The translations under genes and the position numbers were made by a program. Below are positions 26,983 to 42,500 of a stretch of 64,000 bases of DNA, piece by piece. Numbering within the stretch: the stretch's first letter is position 1; each line of letters starts with the position of its first letter. The stretch is from NCBI GenBank assembly GCA_043228905.1, contig JBHGNT010000010.1:12524001-12588000 (forward strand). The letters run 5' to 3'. This DNA is from Azolla caroliniana. Taxonomy: Eukaryota; Plantae; Polypodiophyta. The notes below the pieces were generated by a model. It did no database searches. It had not been told where the DNA came from and was given only the letters and a program-made list of their open reading frames with translations.

Positions 26983-27055
26983 TCCATTATAGTCTAGTTG
27001 GTTAGGATACTCGGCTCTCACCCGAGAGACCCGGGTTCAACTCCCGGCAATGGAA
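26983..27055 (+). tRNA. tRNA-Glu(CTC), near-consensus copy
   Basis: 73 nt, one difference from the array consensus (G7 to A, mismatch at the base of the acceptor stem); A box, B box, anticodon arm CTCGG-CTCTCAC-CCGAG and T arm intact. Confidence 0.7.
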
Positions 27056-30000
27056 ACGATGATATCATATATTTAATTTGCGACTCATATCATGTGTTAA
27101 CCGTTTGATAACCCAAGACCTAAAGTAGGTTTTACAAGAATGTACAATTAACAAAATAATCAATATTATGTTTGAAGGATTGATAACGAAATTTGCTTTG
27201 ATTTTTTTCTCCTAACATCAATTTCTAAACTTAATCCCATTTTTCAATAAATAGTGGAGGTTTCAAATGAAATTCGACTAATCATGATGTTGTTCAGGAC
27301 ACGAAGAAGTAGTATATTTAGTTTTGGTTACTTCTCAACATTGTTACGAGAAATTAGTACAATACGTATAGATTGCAAAATAATGGTCAACTGTCGACAA
27401 GCATTGCACCATGTTTCTTTATTTGTAGCAAAGCACTAGAATACTACATTAACTAATTCATTTACTCAATGAATTCCATTGTAATCAACCTACCTCCAAT
27501 CATTGATTTTTATCCGAGATGCGCGGGTACAAGCACAAGCATAGGAAAAACTAGATACATCATAGATTATGAGTTAATTTGGCATTGATAAAAGCTCGTG
27601 AAATTATTAAATCTTAAAAATGAGAGTGTGTTAGAATAGTCCTCAGTTTCTCGTTGATGCTTGCGTAATATAGAAATAATATTTATTACTAATCAATGAT
27701 TACAATATTAGAAAGTGCACAAGATGTGATCCAATGTAGTGTAGTTCGTTAGGATACTCGGCTCTCACCCAAGAGACTCGGGTTTAATTCCCGGAAATGG
27801 AAACGACAATATCATATATTAAACTTCTGACGCATATCATGTGTTAATTGTTTGATAACTTAAAAACTCAAGAATTAAAGTAGGCGTTACAATAATGTAC
27901 AATTAATAAAATAATCAATATTATGTGTGAAGGACTGAGAAAGAACCTTAGTTTGATTTTTCTCTCCTAACATCAATTTCTAAACTTAATCCCATTATTC
28001 GATTAATTGGAGAGATTTCAAATGAAATTGGACCAAACATTATGTTGTTCGGGACAACAAGAAGCAGTATATTTAGTCGTGGTTAGTCCTCAACATTGTT
28101 ATGACAAATTAGTACACGAACAATTATAGTTTGGATAACTTGATACAATTTCCAAAAATACGCATCGATTGTCGAATAAAGATGAATTCTCGATGAGCAT
28201 TGCACCATATTTCTTTATTTGAAGTAAAGCAGCAGAATATTACATCAGATATCATGAGTTAATGTGGCATCGAGAAAAACCCTTGAAATTATTAAATCTG
28301 AAAAACGAGAGTGTGGTAAAATAATCTTGAGTTTTTCGTTGATGCTTGCGCAAAATATAAATATTATTTATTTCTAATCAATGATTGCAATTTTAAAAAA
28401 CACACAAAATGTTATCCATTGATGTCTAGTTGGTAAGGATACTCGGCTCTCAACCGAGAGACCCGGGTTCAACTCTCGGCAATGGAAACGACAATGTCAT
28501 ATATTAAATTTCCGACGCTTATAATGCGTTATCTGTTTGATAACTTAAAAACTCAAGACCTAAAGTAAATGTTACAATAATGTACAATTAACCAAATAAT
28601 CAATATTATGTTTGAAGGATTGATGACGAATTTTACTTTGAAATTTCTCTCCTAACATCAATTTCTAAACTTAATCCCATTATTCGATTAATGGTGGAGG
28701 TTTCAAATGAAATTGGACAAAACATTATGTTGTTCAAGATAACAAGAAGCAGTATATTTGGTTGTGGTTATTCGTCAACATTGGTACGACAAATTAGTAC
28801 ACCAACAATTATAGTTTGGATAACTCGATACAATTTCAAACAATATGCATAGATTGTAGAATAATGGTCAACTGTCGATGAGCATTGCCAAATGAGTTCC
28901 ATTGTAATCAAGTTGCCTCGAATCGTTGATTCTTACTCGAAACGCGATAGGAAAAACTAGATACATTATATATCAAGAGTTACTGTGGCATCGATAAAAA
29001 GCCGTGAAATTATGAAATCTTAAAAACGATAGTGTGTTACAACAATCCTCGCTTTTTCATTTATGCTTAAGAAATATATAAATAATATTTATTACCAATC
29101 AATGATTGCAATATTAAAAAGTGCACAAGATGTGATCCATTGATGTCTAGTTGGTTAGAATACTCGGCTCTCACACGAGATACCTATGTTCACCTCCTGG
29201 TAATAGAAAAGACAATATCATATATAAAATTTTGCAACGCATGTCATGTGTTAACTGTTTGATAACTCAAAAACTCAAGACGTAAAGTACTTACAATAGT
29301 GTACAATTAACAAAATGAACTGAAAAACTCAAGCTCTAAAGTAGTCGTTAGAATAATGTACAATTAAGAAAAATAATCCAAATTATGTTTAAAGGATTGA
29401 TAATGAACTTTGCTTTGATTTTTTTCTCCTCACATCAATTTCTAACCTTAATACGAATATTCAATTAATAGTAGCGGTTTCTAATGAAATTTGACAAAAC
29501 ATAATGTTGTTCGCGACAAGGAGAAGCAGTATATTTAGTCGTGGTTATTCCTCAACATTGTTACGACAAATTAGTACACCAAGAATTATAGTTTGGATAA
29601 CTTGATATAATTTCCAAAAATACGCACAGATTGTTGAATAATGGTGAATTCTCGATGAGCATTGCACAATGTTTCTTGATTTGAAGTAAAGCACTAGAAT
29701 ATTATATTAACTAATTCATTTACTAAAAGAATTCCTGTAGAGTCTAGTTTTTATATGAGACTCACGGGTACAACAATTGGCATGGGAAAAACTAGAGACA
29801 TCACAGATCATGAGTTAATATCGCATCGATAAAAACACTTGAAATTATTAAATCTTAAAAACGAGAGTGTGTTACAATAATCCTCAGTTCCTCGTTGATG
29901 CTTGTGCAACATATAAATATTATTTATTACTAATCTATGATTGCAATATTAAGAAGTACAGAAGATAGGATCCATTGTAGTCTAGTTGGTTAGGATACTC

Positions 30001-33000
30001 GGCTTTCACCCCAGAGACCCGGGTTCAAGTACCGGCAATGAAAACGAGTATATCATATATTAAATTTCCGACTCATAGCATGTGTTAACGGTTTGGTAAC
30101 TCAAGACCTAAAGTAGATGTTACAATAATGTACAATTAAGAAAATAATCAATATTATGTTTGAAGGATTGATGATGAACTTTGCTTCGATATTTTTCTAC
30201 TGACATCAATTTCTAAAGTTCATCCCATTATTCAATTAATAGTAGAGGTTTCAAATGAGATTTGACAAAACATTATGTTGTTCGGGACAAGAAGAAGCAA
30301 TATATTTAGTCGTGGTTATTTCTCAACATGGTTACGACAAATTAGTACACTAACAATTATAGTTTGGATGACTGGATAGAATTTCCAAAAATACGCATAG
30401 ATTGTAGAATAATGGTGAACTCTCGATCAACATTGCACCACATTTCTTTATTTGAAGGAAACCAATAGAATATTACATTAACTAATTCATTTACTAAATG
30501 AATTCCATTGGAGTCTAGTTGGTTGGGAACCTTGTTTTTTACACGAGACTCCTAGGTACAACTATAGGCATTGCCAAAACTAGATACATCATAGATCATG
30601 AGTTAATTTGGCATCGATAAAAACCCGTGAAATTATTAAATCTTAAAAACGAGAGTGTGTTAGAAGAATCCTCAGTTTCTCGTTGTTGCTTGCGTAATAT
30701 ATAAATATTATTTATTACTAATCAATGATTGCAATCTTAAAAACTACACAAGATGTGAACCATTGTACTCTAGTTGGTTTGGATACTCAGGTCTCACGCG
30801 GGAATCCCGGGTTCAACTCCCTGCAATGGAAACAACAATATCATATGTTAAATTTTCGACGCATATCATTTGTTAACAGTTTGATAACTCAAAAACTGAA
30901 GACCTAAAGTAGGTGTTACAATTAACAAAATAATCAATATTATGTTTGATGGATTGATAAAGAATTTTAGTTTGATTTTTTTTCCTAACGTCAATTTCTA
31001 AACTGATTCCCCTTATTCAATTAATACTAGTGGTTTCAAATGAAATTTGACGAAACATTCTGTTGTTTGGGACAAGGAGAACCAATATATTTAGTTGTGG
31101 TTATTCCTCAACATTGTTATGACAAAAATACGCATAGATTGCAAAATACTGGTCAATTGTCAACAAGCTTTGCACCATGTTTCTTTATTTGTAGCAAAGC
31201 ACTAGAATAATACATTAACTAATTCATTTACTCAATGAATTCCATTGTAATCAAGTTGCCTCGACTCGTTGATTTTTGCCCGAGATGCGCGGGTACAAGC
31301 ACAGGCATAGGAAAAACTAGATACATCATAGATCATGAGTTAATTTGGCATCGATAAAAACCCGTGAAATTATTAAATCTTAAAAACGGGAGCGTGGTCG
31401 AATAATCCTCTGTTTCTCGTTGATGCTTGCACAATATATAAATATTATTTATTACTAATTAATGATTGCAATATAAAAAAGTGCACAAGATGTGATCCAT
31501 TGTAGTCTAGTTGGTTAGAATACTTGGCTCTCACACCAGAGACCCAGCTTCAACTCCAGGGAATAGATTGCAACAACAATTATAGTTTGGATAACTTGAT
31601 ACAATTTCAAACAATACGCATAGATTGCAAAAAAATGGTCAAGTTGTATTCTAGCTGGTTTGGATAATTGTTTTTTACACAAGACTCCCGGGTACAACAA
31701 CTCGCATGGGAAAAACTAGATAGAGCATACATCATGACGTAATGTCGCATCGATAAAAACCATTCAAATTATTTAAATCTTAAGAACGAGAGTGTGTTAG
31801 AATAATTCTCAGTTTCTCGTTGATGCTTGTGCAATATATCAAGATTACTTATTACTAATCTATGATTGCAATATATCTATACACAAGATAGGATCCATTG
31901 TAGTCTAGTTGGTTAAGATAGGATCTAGTTGTAATGGAAAAGACAATATCATATATCAAATTTTGGGACGCATGTCATGTGTGTACTGTTTGATAACTCA
32001 AAAACTCAAGCCCTAAAGTAGTTCTTACAATAATGTACAATTAACAAAATAATTAATATTATGTTTAAAGGATTGACAAAGAACTTTACTTTAATTTCTA
32101 AACTCAATCCCATTATTCGATTAATGGTAGAGGTTTCGAATCAAATTGGACCAAACATTATGTTCTTCGGGAGAACAAGAAGCTGTATATTTAGTTTTTT
32201 GTTGAGTGGGTTATAATAATCTTCAGTTTTTCGTTGATGCTTGCGCAATAAATAAATATTATTTACTACCAATCAATGACTCCAATATTAAAAAGTGCAC
32301 AAGATGTTATCCATTCTAGTCTAGTTGGTTAGAATACTCGGCTCTCACACGAGAGACCTGGGTTCAACTCCCGGGAATAGACAGGACAACATCATATATT
32401 AAATTTGCCAACGCATGTTATGTTATGTGTTAACAATTTCATAACTAAAAAATTCAAGACCTAAAGTAGTTACAATTATGTACAATGAACAAAATAATCA
32501 ATATTATGTTTCATGGATTGATAAAGAATTTTAGTTTGATTTTTTTTCTTAACGTCAATTACTAAACTGAATCCCCTTATTCAATTAATACTAGTGTTTT
32601 CAAATGAAATTTGACGAAACATTATGTTGTTTGGGACCAGAAGAACCAATATATTTAGTTGTGGTTATTCCTCAACATTGTTATGACAAATTACAACACC
32701 AAGAATTATAGTTTGGATAACATTGTTATGGCAAAATAATAGTCACCTGTTGACTAGCATTGTACCATGTTTCTTTCTTTGTAGCAAAGCACTCGAATAG
32801 TACATTAACTAACTCATTTAGTCAATGAATTCCATTGTAATCAAGTTGCCTCGAATCGTTGATTTTTGCCGGAGACGCGTGGGTACAAGCACAGGCATAG
32901 GAAAAACTAGATAAAAACCCGTGAAACTATTAAATCTTAAAAACGAGAGTGTATTAGAATAATCCTCAGATTTTCGTTGATTCTTGCACAAAATATAAAT

Positions 33001-36000
33001 AATATTAATTTCTTATCAATGATTGTAATATTACAAAGCACACAAAATGTGATCCATTGTACTCTAGTTGGTTAGGATACTCAGCTCTCACCCGAGAGAC
33101 CCGGGTTCAATTACCGGCAATGGAAACGACAATATCATATACTAAATTTTCGACGCATATCATGTGTTAACTGTTTGATAGCTCAATAACTCAAGACCTA
33201 AAGTAGGTGTTACAATAATGTACAGTTAACAAAATAATCAATATTATGTTTGAAGGATTGATAAAGAACTTTACTTTGATTTCCTCCTTGTAACACCAAT
33301 TTCTAAACTTAATCCCATTATTCGATTGTAATTAAGTGGCCTCGAATCGTTGATTTTTACCCAAGACGTGCGGTTACAAGCACAGGCATAGGAAAAACTA
33401 GATACATCATGCACGATGAGTTAATTTGGCATCGATAAACACCCGAGAAATTATTAAATCTTAAAAAAGAGAGTGTGTTAGAATAATCTTCTGTTTCTTG
33501 TTGATACTTGCGCAATATATAAATATTATTTATTACTAATCAATGATTGCAATTTTAAAAAGTGTAAAATATGTGATCCATTGAAGTCTAGTTGGTTAGA
33601 ATACTCGGCTCTCACCTGAGAGACCCGGGTTCAACTCCCGGCAATGAAAACGACAATATCATATATTAAATTTCCGAGGTATATCTTGTGTTAACTGTTT
33701 GATAACTCAAAAACTCAAGACCTAAAGTAGATGCTACAATAATGTACAATTAACCAAATAATCAATATTATGTTTGAGGGATTGATGACGAACTTTGCTT
33801 TCATTTTTTTCTCCTAACATCAATTTCTAAACTTAATCCCATTATTCAATTAATAGTAGAGGTTACAAATGAAATTTGACAAAATATTATGTTGTTTGGT
33901 ATAAGAAGAAGCAATATATTTAGTCGTGGTTATTTCTCAACATGGTTACGACAAATTAGTACACCGACAATTATAGTTTGGATAACTGGATAGAATTTCC
34001 AAAAATACGCATAGATTGTAGAATAATGGTTAACTCTCGATCAACATTGCACCATATTTCTTTATTTGAACCAAAGCACTAGAATATTACATTGACTAAT
34101 TGATTTACTAAATAAATTCCATTATAGTCTAGATTGGAGAATAATAGTCAACTATCGAGAAACCCGTCTTCAACTCCCACCAATAGAAAAGACAATATCA
34201 TATATCATATTTTTCGAAGCATGTCATGTGTTAAGTGCTCGATATCTCAAAAACTGAAGACCTAATATTGTGTTGTTCGGGATAACAAGATGCAGTATAT
34301 TTAGTTCTGGTTATTCCACAACTTTGTTACAACAAATTAGTACACCAACAATTATAGTTTGGATAATTCGATAGAATTTCAAACAATATGCATAGATTGC
34401 AGAATAATGGTCAACTGTCGTTGGCTATTGCACCATGTTTCTTTTTTTTCTAACAAAGGACTAAAATGGTACATTAACTAAGTCATTTACTAAATGAACA
34501 CCATTGTAATCAAGTTCCCTCGGATACTTGCTTTTTACCTGAGACGCCCAGGTACAAGTAGATATATCCTATATCATGAGTAAATATGGCATTGATAAAA
34601 ATCCTTGAAATTATTAAATCTTAAAAACGAGAGTGTGTTAGAATAATCCTCAGTTTTTCGTTGATGCTTGCGCAAAATATAAATATTATTTATTTCTAAT
34701 CAATGATTGCAATATTAAAAAACACACAACATGTGATCCATTGTAGTCTAGTTGGTTAGGATACTCGGGTCTCACCCGATAGACCCGGATTCAACTCCGG
34801 GCAATGGAAACGACAATGTCATATATTAAATTTCTGAGGCATATCTTGTGTTAACAGTTTGATAACTCAATAACTCAAGACCTAAAGTAGATGTTACAAT
34901 AATATACAATTAACAAAATAATCAATATTATGTTTGAAGGATTGATGATGAACATTGCTTTCGTTTTATTCTCCTAATATCAATTTCTAAACTTAATCCC
35001 ATTATTCAATTAATAGTAGACGTTTCAAATGAAATTTGAGAAAATATTATGTTGTTCGGGACAAGGAGAACCAATATATTTGGTTGTGGTTATTTCTCAA
35101 CATGGTTTCGACAAATTAGTATACCGACAATTATAGTTTGGATAACTTGATAGAATTTCCGAAAATATGCATAGATTGTAGAGTAATGGTGAACTCTCGA
35201 TGAACATTGCACCATATTTCTTTATTTGAAGGAAAGCACTAGAATATTACATTGACTAATTCATTTACTAAATAAATTCCATTGTGGTCTAGTTGGTTCG
35301 GATCCTTGTTTTTTTACGCAATGGTCAAATATCGAGAGACCCGGGTTCAACTACCACCAATAGAAAAGATAATATCATACATCATATTTTGTGACGCATG
35401 TCATGTGTTAAGTGTTCGATATCTGAAAAACTGAAGAGCTAAAGTAGTTGTTACAATAATGTACAAATAACAAAATAATCAATATTATGTTTGAAGGATT
35501 GATAAAGAACTATACTTTGATTTTTTTCTCCTAACATTAATTTCTAAACTTAATCCCATTATTCAATTAAAAGTAGAGGTGTCAAATGGTACATTAACTA
35601 AGTCATTTACTAAATTAATACCATTGTAATCAAGTTGCCTCGAATCCTTGCTTTTTATCTGAGACGCCTAGGTACAAGTAGATATATCCTATATCATGAG
35701 TTAATATGGCATCGATAAAAACCCTTGAAATTATTAAATCTTAAAAACGAGAGTGTGTTAGAATAATCGTTAGTTTTTCGTTGATGCCTGTGCAATATAT
35801 AAATATTATTAATTTCTAATAAATGATAGGAAGATTAAAAAGCACACAAGATGTGATCCACGATAGTCGAGTAGGTTAGGATACTCGGCCCTCACCTGAG
35901 AGACCCGGGTTCAACTCCCAGCAACGGAAACGACACTATCATATATTAAATTTCCGATGCATATCAGGTGTTAACTATTTGATAACTCAAAAACTGAAGT

Positions 36001-39000
36001 CCTAAAGTAGGTGTTACAATAATGTACAATTAACTAAATAATTAATTTTATGTTTCAACAATTGATGACGAACTTTACTTTGATTTTCTTCTTCTAACAT
36101 TAAATTCTAAACTTAATTCCATTATTCAATTAATGGTAGAGGTTTCGAATGAAATTGGACAAAATATTATGTTCTTCGGGACAACAAGAAGAAGAAAATA
36201 TTATCTGGTTATTCCTCAACATTATTATGATAAATTAGTACACCAACAATTATAGTTTGGATAACTTGATTCAATTTCAAACAATAAACATAGATTGCAG
36301 AATAATGTTCAACTTTCAACAAGCATTGTACCATTTCTCATTATTTGTAGCATAGCACTAGAATAGTACATTCACTAACTCATTTATTAAATGAATTCCA
36401 TTGTAATCAAGATGCCTCGAATCGTTGATTTTTACCCGAGACGCGTGGGTACAAGTATAGGCATAGGAAAAACTAGATACATTGTAGCTCATTATGTAGT
36501 TTGGCATTGATAAAAATCGGTGAACTTATTAAATCTTAAAAACGAGAGTGTGTTAGAATAATCCTCTATTTCTCGTTGATGTTGGCGCAATACATAAATA
36601 TTCTTTATTACTAATCAATGATCGCAATATTAAAAAGTGCAGTAGATCTGATCCATTCTAGTCTAGTTGGTTAGAATACTTGACTCTGACCTGAGAGACC
36701 TGGTTTCAACTCTCGGGAATAGAAAAGACCATATCATATATCAAATTGTGCAACGTATGTCATGTGTTAACTGTTTGATAACTCAAAAATTGAAGACCTA
36801 AATTAGTTACAATAATGTACGATTAACAAAATAATCAATATTATGTTTGAAAGATTGATGACGAAGTTTAGTTTGATTTTTTTCTCCTAACATCAGTTTT
36901 TAAACTTAATCCCATCATTTGTTTAATTGTAGAGGTTTCGAATGAAATTGGACAAAACATTATGTTGTTCGGGACAATAAGAAGCAGTATATTTGGTTGT
37001 GGTTATTCCTCAACATTGTTACGACAAATTAGTCCACCAACAAGTATAGTTTGGATTACTCAATACAATTTCAAACAAATACGCATAGATTGTAGAATAA
37101 TGGTTAATTGTCGATGAGCATTGTACCATATTTATTTAGTTGTAGCACAACACTAGAATAGTACATGAACTAACTCATTTACTAAATGAATTCCATTGTA
37201 ATCAAGTTGCCTCAAATCCTTGCTTTTTACTTGAGATGCCCGGGTACAAGTAGATATATCATATATCATGAGCTAACGTTGCATCGATAAAAACCCTTGG
37301 ATTTATTAAATCTTAAAGACGATAGTGTGTTGGAATAATCCTCGGTTTTTCGGTAATGCTTGCACACAATATAAATATTATTTATTTCTAATGAATGATT
37401 GCAATATTAAAAAGTACACTAGTCTAGTTGGTTAGGATAGTCGCCAATGGAAACGACACTATCATATATTAAACTTCCGACGCATATCATGTGTTAACTG
37501 TTTGATAACTAAATAACTCAAGACCTAAAGTAGGTGTTACAATATTGTACAATTAACAAAATAATCAATATTATGTTTGAAGGATTGATAAAGAACTTTA
37601 CTTTGATTTTTTCCTCCGAACATCAATTTCTAAACTTAATCCCATTATTCGATTAACTGTAGAGGATTCAAATGATATTGGACAACACATTATGTTGTTC
37701 GGGACAACAAGAAGCAGTATATTTATTTGTGGTTATTCCTCAACATTGTTACGATAAATTAGTAGACCAACAATTATAGTTTGGATAACTCGATACAATT
37801 TCAAACAATACGCATAGATTGTAGAATAATGGTCAACTGTCGATGACTATTGCACCATGTTTCTTTATTTGTAATAGAGGACTAGAATATTACAGTAACT
37901 AATTCATGTGCTAAATGACTAGAATGGTACATTAACGAAATGCCATTGTAATTAAATTGCCTTGGATCCTTCCGTTTTACCTGGGACGCCCAGGTACCAG
38001 TAGATATATCAGATATCATGAGTTAATGTGGCATCGATAAAGACCCTTGAAATTATTAAATCTTAAACACGAGAGTGTGTTAGAATAATCCTCAGTTTTT
38101 CGTTGATACTCGCGCAATATATAAATAGTATTTATTTCTAATCAACGATTGTAATATTAAGAAGCACACAAAATGTGATCCATTGTACTCTAGTTGGTTA
38201 GGATACTCAGCTATCACCCGAGAGACCCGAGTTCAACTACCGACAATGGAAACGACAATATCATATATTAAATTTCCGAGGCATAGCATGTGTTAATTAT
38301 TTGATACCTCAAAAACTCAATTTCTCAAGTATTTGTCACAATAATGTACAATTAACAAAATAATTAATATTATGTTTGAAGCATTGATGACGAACCTTGC
38401 TTTGATTTTCTTCTCCTAACATCAATTTCTAAACTTAATCCCATTATTCAATTAATAGTAGAGGTTTCAAATATAATTTGACAAAACATTATGTTGTTCA
38501 GGACAAGAAGAAGGAATATATTTAGTCGTGGTTATTCCTCAACATTATTACGACAAATTAGTACACCAAGAATTATAGTTTCGATAACTTGATACAATTT
38601 CGAAAAATATGCATAGATTGTCGAATAATGGTGAAGTCTCGATGAGCATTGCACCATGTTTCTTTATTTGAAGTAAAGCACTAGAATATTGCATTAACTA
38701 ATTCATTTACTAAATGAATTCAATTGTAGTCTAGTTGGTTCGGATCCATGATTTTTACACGAGACTCCCAGGTACAACAATTGGCATGGGAAAAACGAGA
38801 TCCATCATAGATCATGAGTTAATATCGCATCGATGGAAACCCTTGAAATTATTAAATCTTAAAACCGAGAGTGTGTTAGAATAATCCCATGTTTGTCGTT
38901 GATACTTGCGCAATATTTAAATATTATTTATTACTAATCAATGATTGCAATTTTGAAAAGTACACAACATATAATCCATTGTAGTCTAGTTGGTTAGGAT

Positions 39001-39522
39001 ACTAGGCTCTCACACGAGAGACCCAGGTTCAACACCCGACAATGGAAATGACAATATCATATATTAAATTTCCGACGCATATCATGTTTTAATTGTTTGA
39101 TAACTTAAAAACTCAAGATTATGTTTGAAGGATTGATGACAAACGTTCCTCGATCAACATTGCAAAAATACGCATAGATTGTAGAATAATGGTGAACTCT
39201 AGATCAACATTGCAACATATTTCTTTATTTGACGCTAAGCACTAGAATATTACATTAAGTAATTCATTTACTAAACTATTTTCATTGTAGTCTACTTGTT
39301 TTTTACACGAGACTCCTGGGTACAACAATAGGCATTGGAGAAACTAGATACATCATAGATCATGAGGTAATGTCGCATTGATAAAAACACTTGAAATTAT
39401 TTAATCTTAAAAACAAGAGTGTGTTAGAATAATCCTGAGTTTCTCGTTGATGCTTGCGCAATATATAAATATTATTTATTACTAATCTATGATTGCAATA
39501 TTAAAAAGTACACAAGATATGA

Positions 39523-39595
39523 TCCAATGTAGTCTAGTTGGTTAGGATACTCGGCTCTCATTCGAGAGACCCGGGTTCAACTCCCGGCATTGGAA
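39523..39595 (+). tRNA. tRNA-Glu(CTC) copy with a fully paired cloverleaf
   Basis: Acceptor TCCAATG/CATTGGA (compensatory pair), anticodon arm with one G-U, T arm CCGGG-TTCAACT-CCCGG. Confidence 0.72.
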
Positions 39596-42500
39596 ACGAC
39601 AATAGCATATATTTAATTTCCGACGAATATCATGTGTTAACTGTTTGATAACTCAAAAAATCAACACCTAAGCTAGTTGTTACAATAATGTACAATTAAC
39701 AAGATAATGAATATTATGTTTGAAGGATTGCTGACGAACTTTACTTTAATTTTTTTCTTCTAACATCAATTTCTAAACTTAATCCCATTATTCGATTAAT
39801 GGTAGAGCTTTCAAATGAAATTAGACAAAACATTATGTTGTTCGAGACAACTATCGACGAGCATTGCACCGTGTTTCTTTCTTTGTACATTAACTTGTTC
39901 ATTTACTCAATAATGGTCAACCCGTGAAATGATTAAATCTTAAAAACGAGAGTGTGTTAGAATAATCCTCTGTTTCTCGTTGATGCTTGCGCAATATATA
40001 AATATTATTTATTTCTAAGCAATGATTGTAATATTAAAAAGCACACTAACTGTGATCCATTGTAGTGTAGTTGCTTAGCATACTCGGCTCTCATCCGAGA
40101 GACCCATGTTCAATTCCCGGCAATGGAAACGACAATATCATATATTCAATTTTCTACGCATATCATGTGTTAACTATTTGATAACTCAAAAACTCAAGAC
40201 CTAAAGTAGGTGTTACAATAATTTACAATTAACAAAATAATCAATATTATGTTTGAAGGACTGATAAAGAACTTTACTTTGATTTTTTCCTCCTAACATC
40301 AATTTCTAAACTTAATCCCATTATTCGATTAATGGTAAAGGTTTCCAATGAAACTGGACCAAACATTATGTTGTTTGGGACAACAAGAAGCAGTATATTT
40401 AGTTATGGTTATTCCTCAACATTGTGATTATAAATTAGTACACCAAAAATTATAGTTTGGATAACTTGATAGAATTTCAAGCAATACGCATTGATTGCAA
40501 AATAATGGTCAACTGTCCACAAGCATTGCAGCATGTTTCTTTATTTGTACCAAAGCACTAGAATAGTACATTAACTAATTCATTTATTCAATCAATTCCA
40601 TTGTAATCAAGTTGCCTTGAATCGTTGATTTTTACCTAAGCCGCGCAGTTACAAGCACAGGTATAGGAAAAGCTAGATACGTCATAGATGATGAGTAAAT
40701 TTGGCATCGATAAAAGGTAGTGAAATTATTAAATCTTAAAAGAAATAGTGTGTTAGAATAAAAGTCCTAAAGTAGGTGTTACAATAATGTACAATTAACA
40801 AAACAATCAACTTTATGTTTCAACGATTGATGACAAGCTTTACTTTGTTTTTCTTCTCCTAACATCAATTTCTAAACTTAATTCCATTATTCGATTAATG
40901 GTAGAGGTTTCGAAAGAAATTGGACAAAGTATTATGTTGTTCGGGACAACAAGAAGAAGAAAATATTATCTGGTTATTCCTCAACATTCTACAATAAATT
41001 AGTACACCAACAATTATAGTTTAGATAACTTGATACAATTTCAAACAATACGCATAGATTGTAGAATAATGTTCAACTGTCGACAAGCATTGCACCATTT
41101 TTTTATATTTGGAGCATGGCACTAGAATAGTGCATTAACTAACTCATTTCCTAAATGAATTCCTATGTAATCGAGATGCCTGGAATCGTTGATTTTTACC
41201 CGAGACACATGGGTACTAGTACATGCATAGGAAAAACTAGATACATCATAGCTCATGAGTTAATATGGCATCAATAAAAACCGGTGAACTTATTAAATCT
41301 TAAAAACAAGATTGTGTTAGAATAATCCTCTGTTTCTTGTTTATGCTTGCCCAATATATAAATATTATTTATCACTAATCAATGATTGCAATATTAAAAA
41401 GTGTACAAGATGTGATCCATGGAAGTCTAGTTGGTTAGAATACTCGGCTCTCAAACGAGAGACTCGGGTTTAACTCCGGGCAATGAAAACGACAATATCA
41501 TATATTAAATTTCCGATGCATATCTTGTGTTAACTGTTTGATAACTCAAAAACTCAAGACCTAAAGTAGATGTTACAATAATGTACAATTAATAAAATAA
41601 TCAATATTATGTTTGAAGGATTGATGACGAACATTGCTTTCCTTTTTTTCTCCTAACATCAATTTCTAAACTTAATCCCATTATTCAATTAATAGTAGAG
41701 GTTTCAAACGAAATTTGAGAAAATATTATGTTGTTCGGGACAAGAAGAAGCAATATATTTAGTCGTGGTTATTTCTCAACATGGTTACGAGAAATTAGTA
41801 CACCGACAATTATAGTTTGGATAACTTGATAGAATTTCCAAAAATACACATAGATTGTAGAATAATGGTGAACTCTCGATCAACATTGCACCATATTTCT
41901 TTAGTTGAAGCAAAGCACTAGAATATTACATTAACTAATTCATTTACTAAATGAATTCCATTGTAGTCTAGTTGGTTCGGATCAATGATTTTTACACGAG
42001 ACTCCTGGGTACAGCAATTGGCATGGGAAAAACTAGATACATCATAGATCATGAGTTAATATCGTATCGATAAAAACCCTTGAAATTATTAAATCTTAAA
42101 AACAAGAGTGTCGAATAATGGTGAATTCTCGATTATCATTGGACGACGTTTGTTTATTTGAACGAAAGGACTTGAATATTACATTAACCAATTCATTTAC
42201 TAAATTAATTCCATTGTAGTCTAGTTCGTTCAAATCCTTGTTTTTTACACAAGACTCCCGGGTACAACAATAGGCATTGCAAAAACTAGATACATCATAG
42301 ATGATGAGGTAATGTCGCATCGATAAAAACCGTTAAAATTATTAAATATTAAAAACGAGAGTGTGTTAGAATAATCCTAAGTTTCTCGTTGATGCTTGCG
42401 CAATATATAAATATTATTTATTACTAATCTATGATTGCAAAATTGAAAAGTAGACAAGATATGATCCATTGTAGTCTAGTTGGTTAGGATACTCGTCTCT

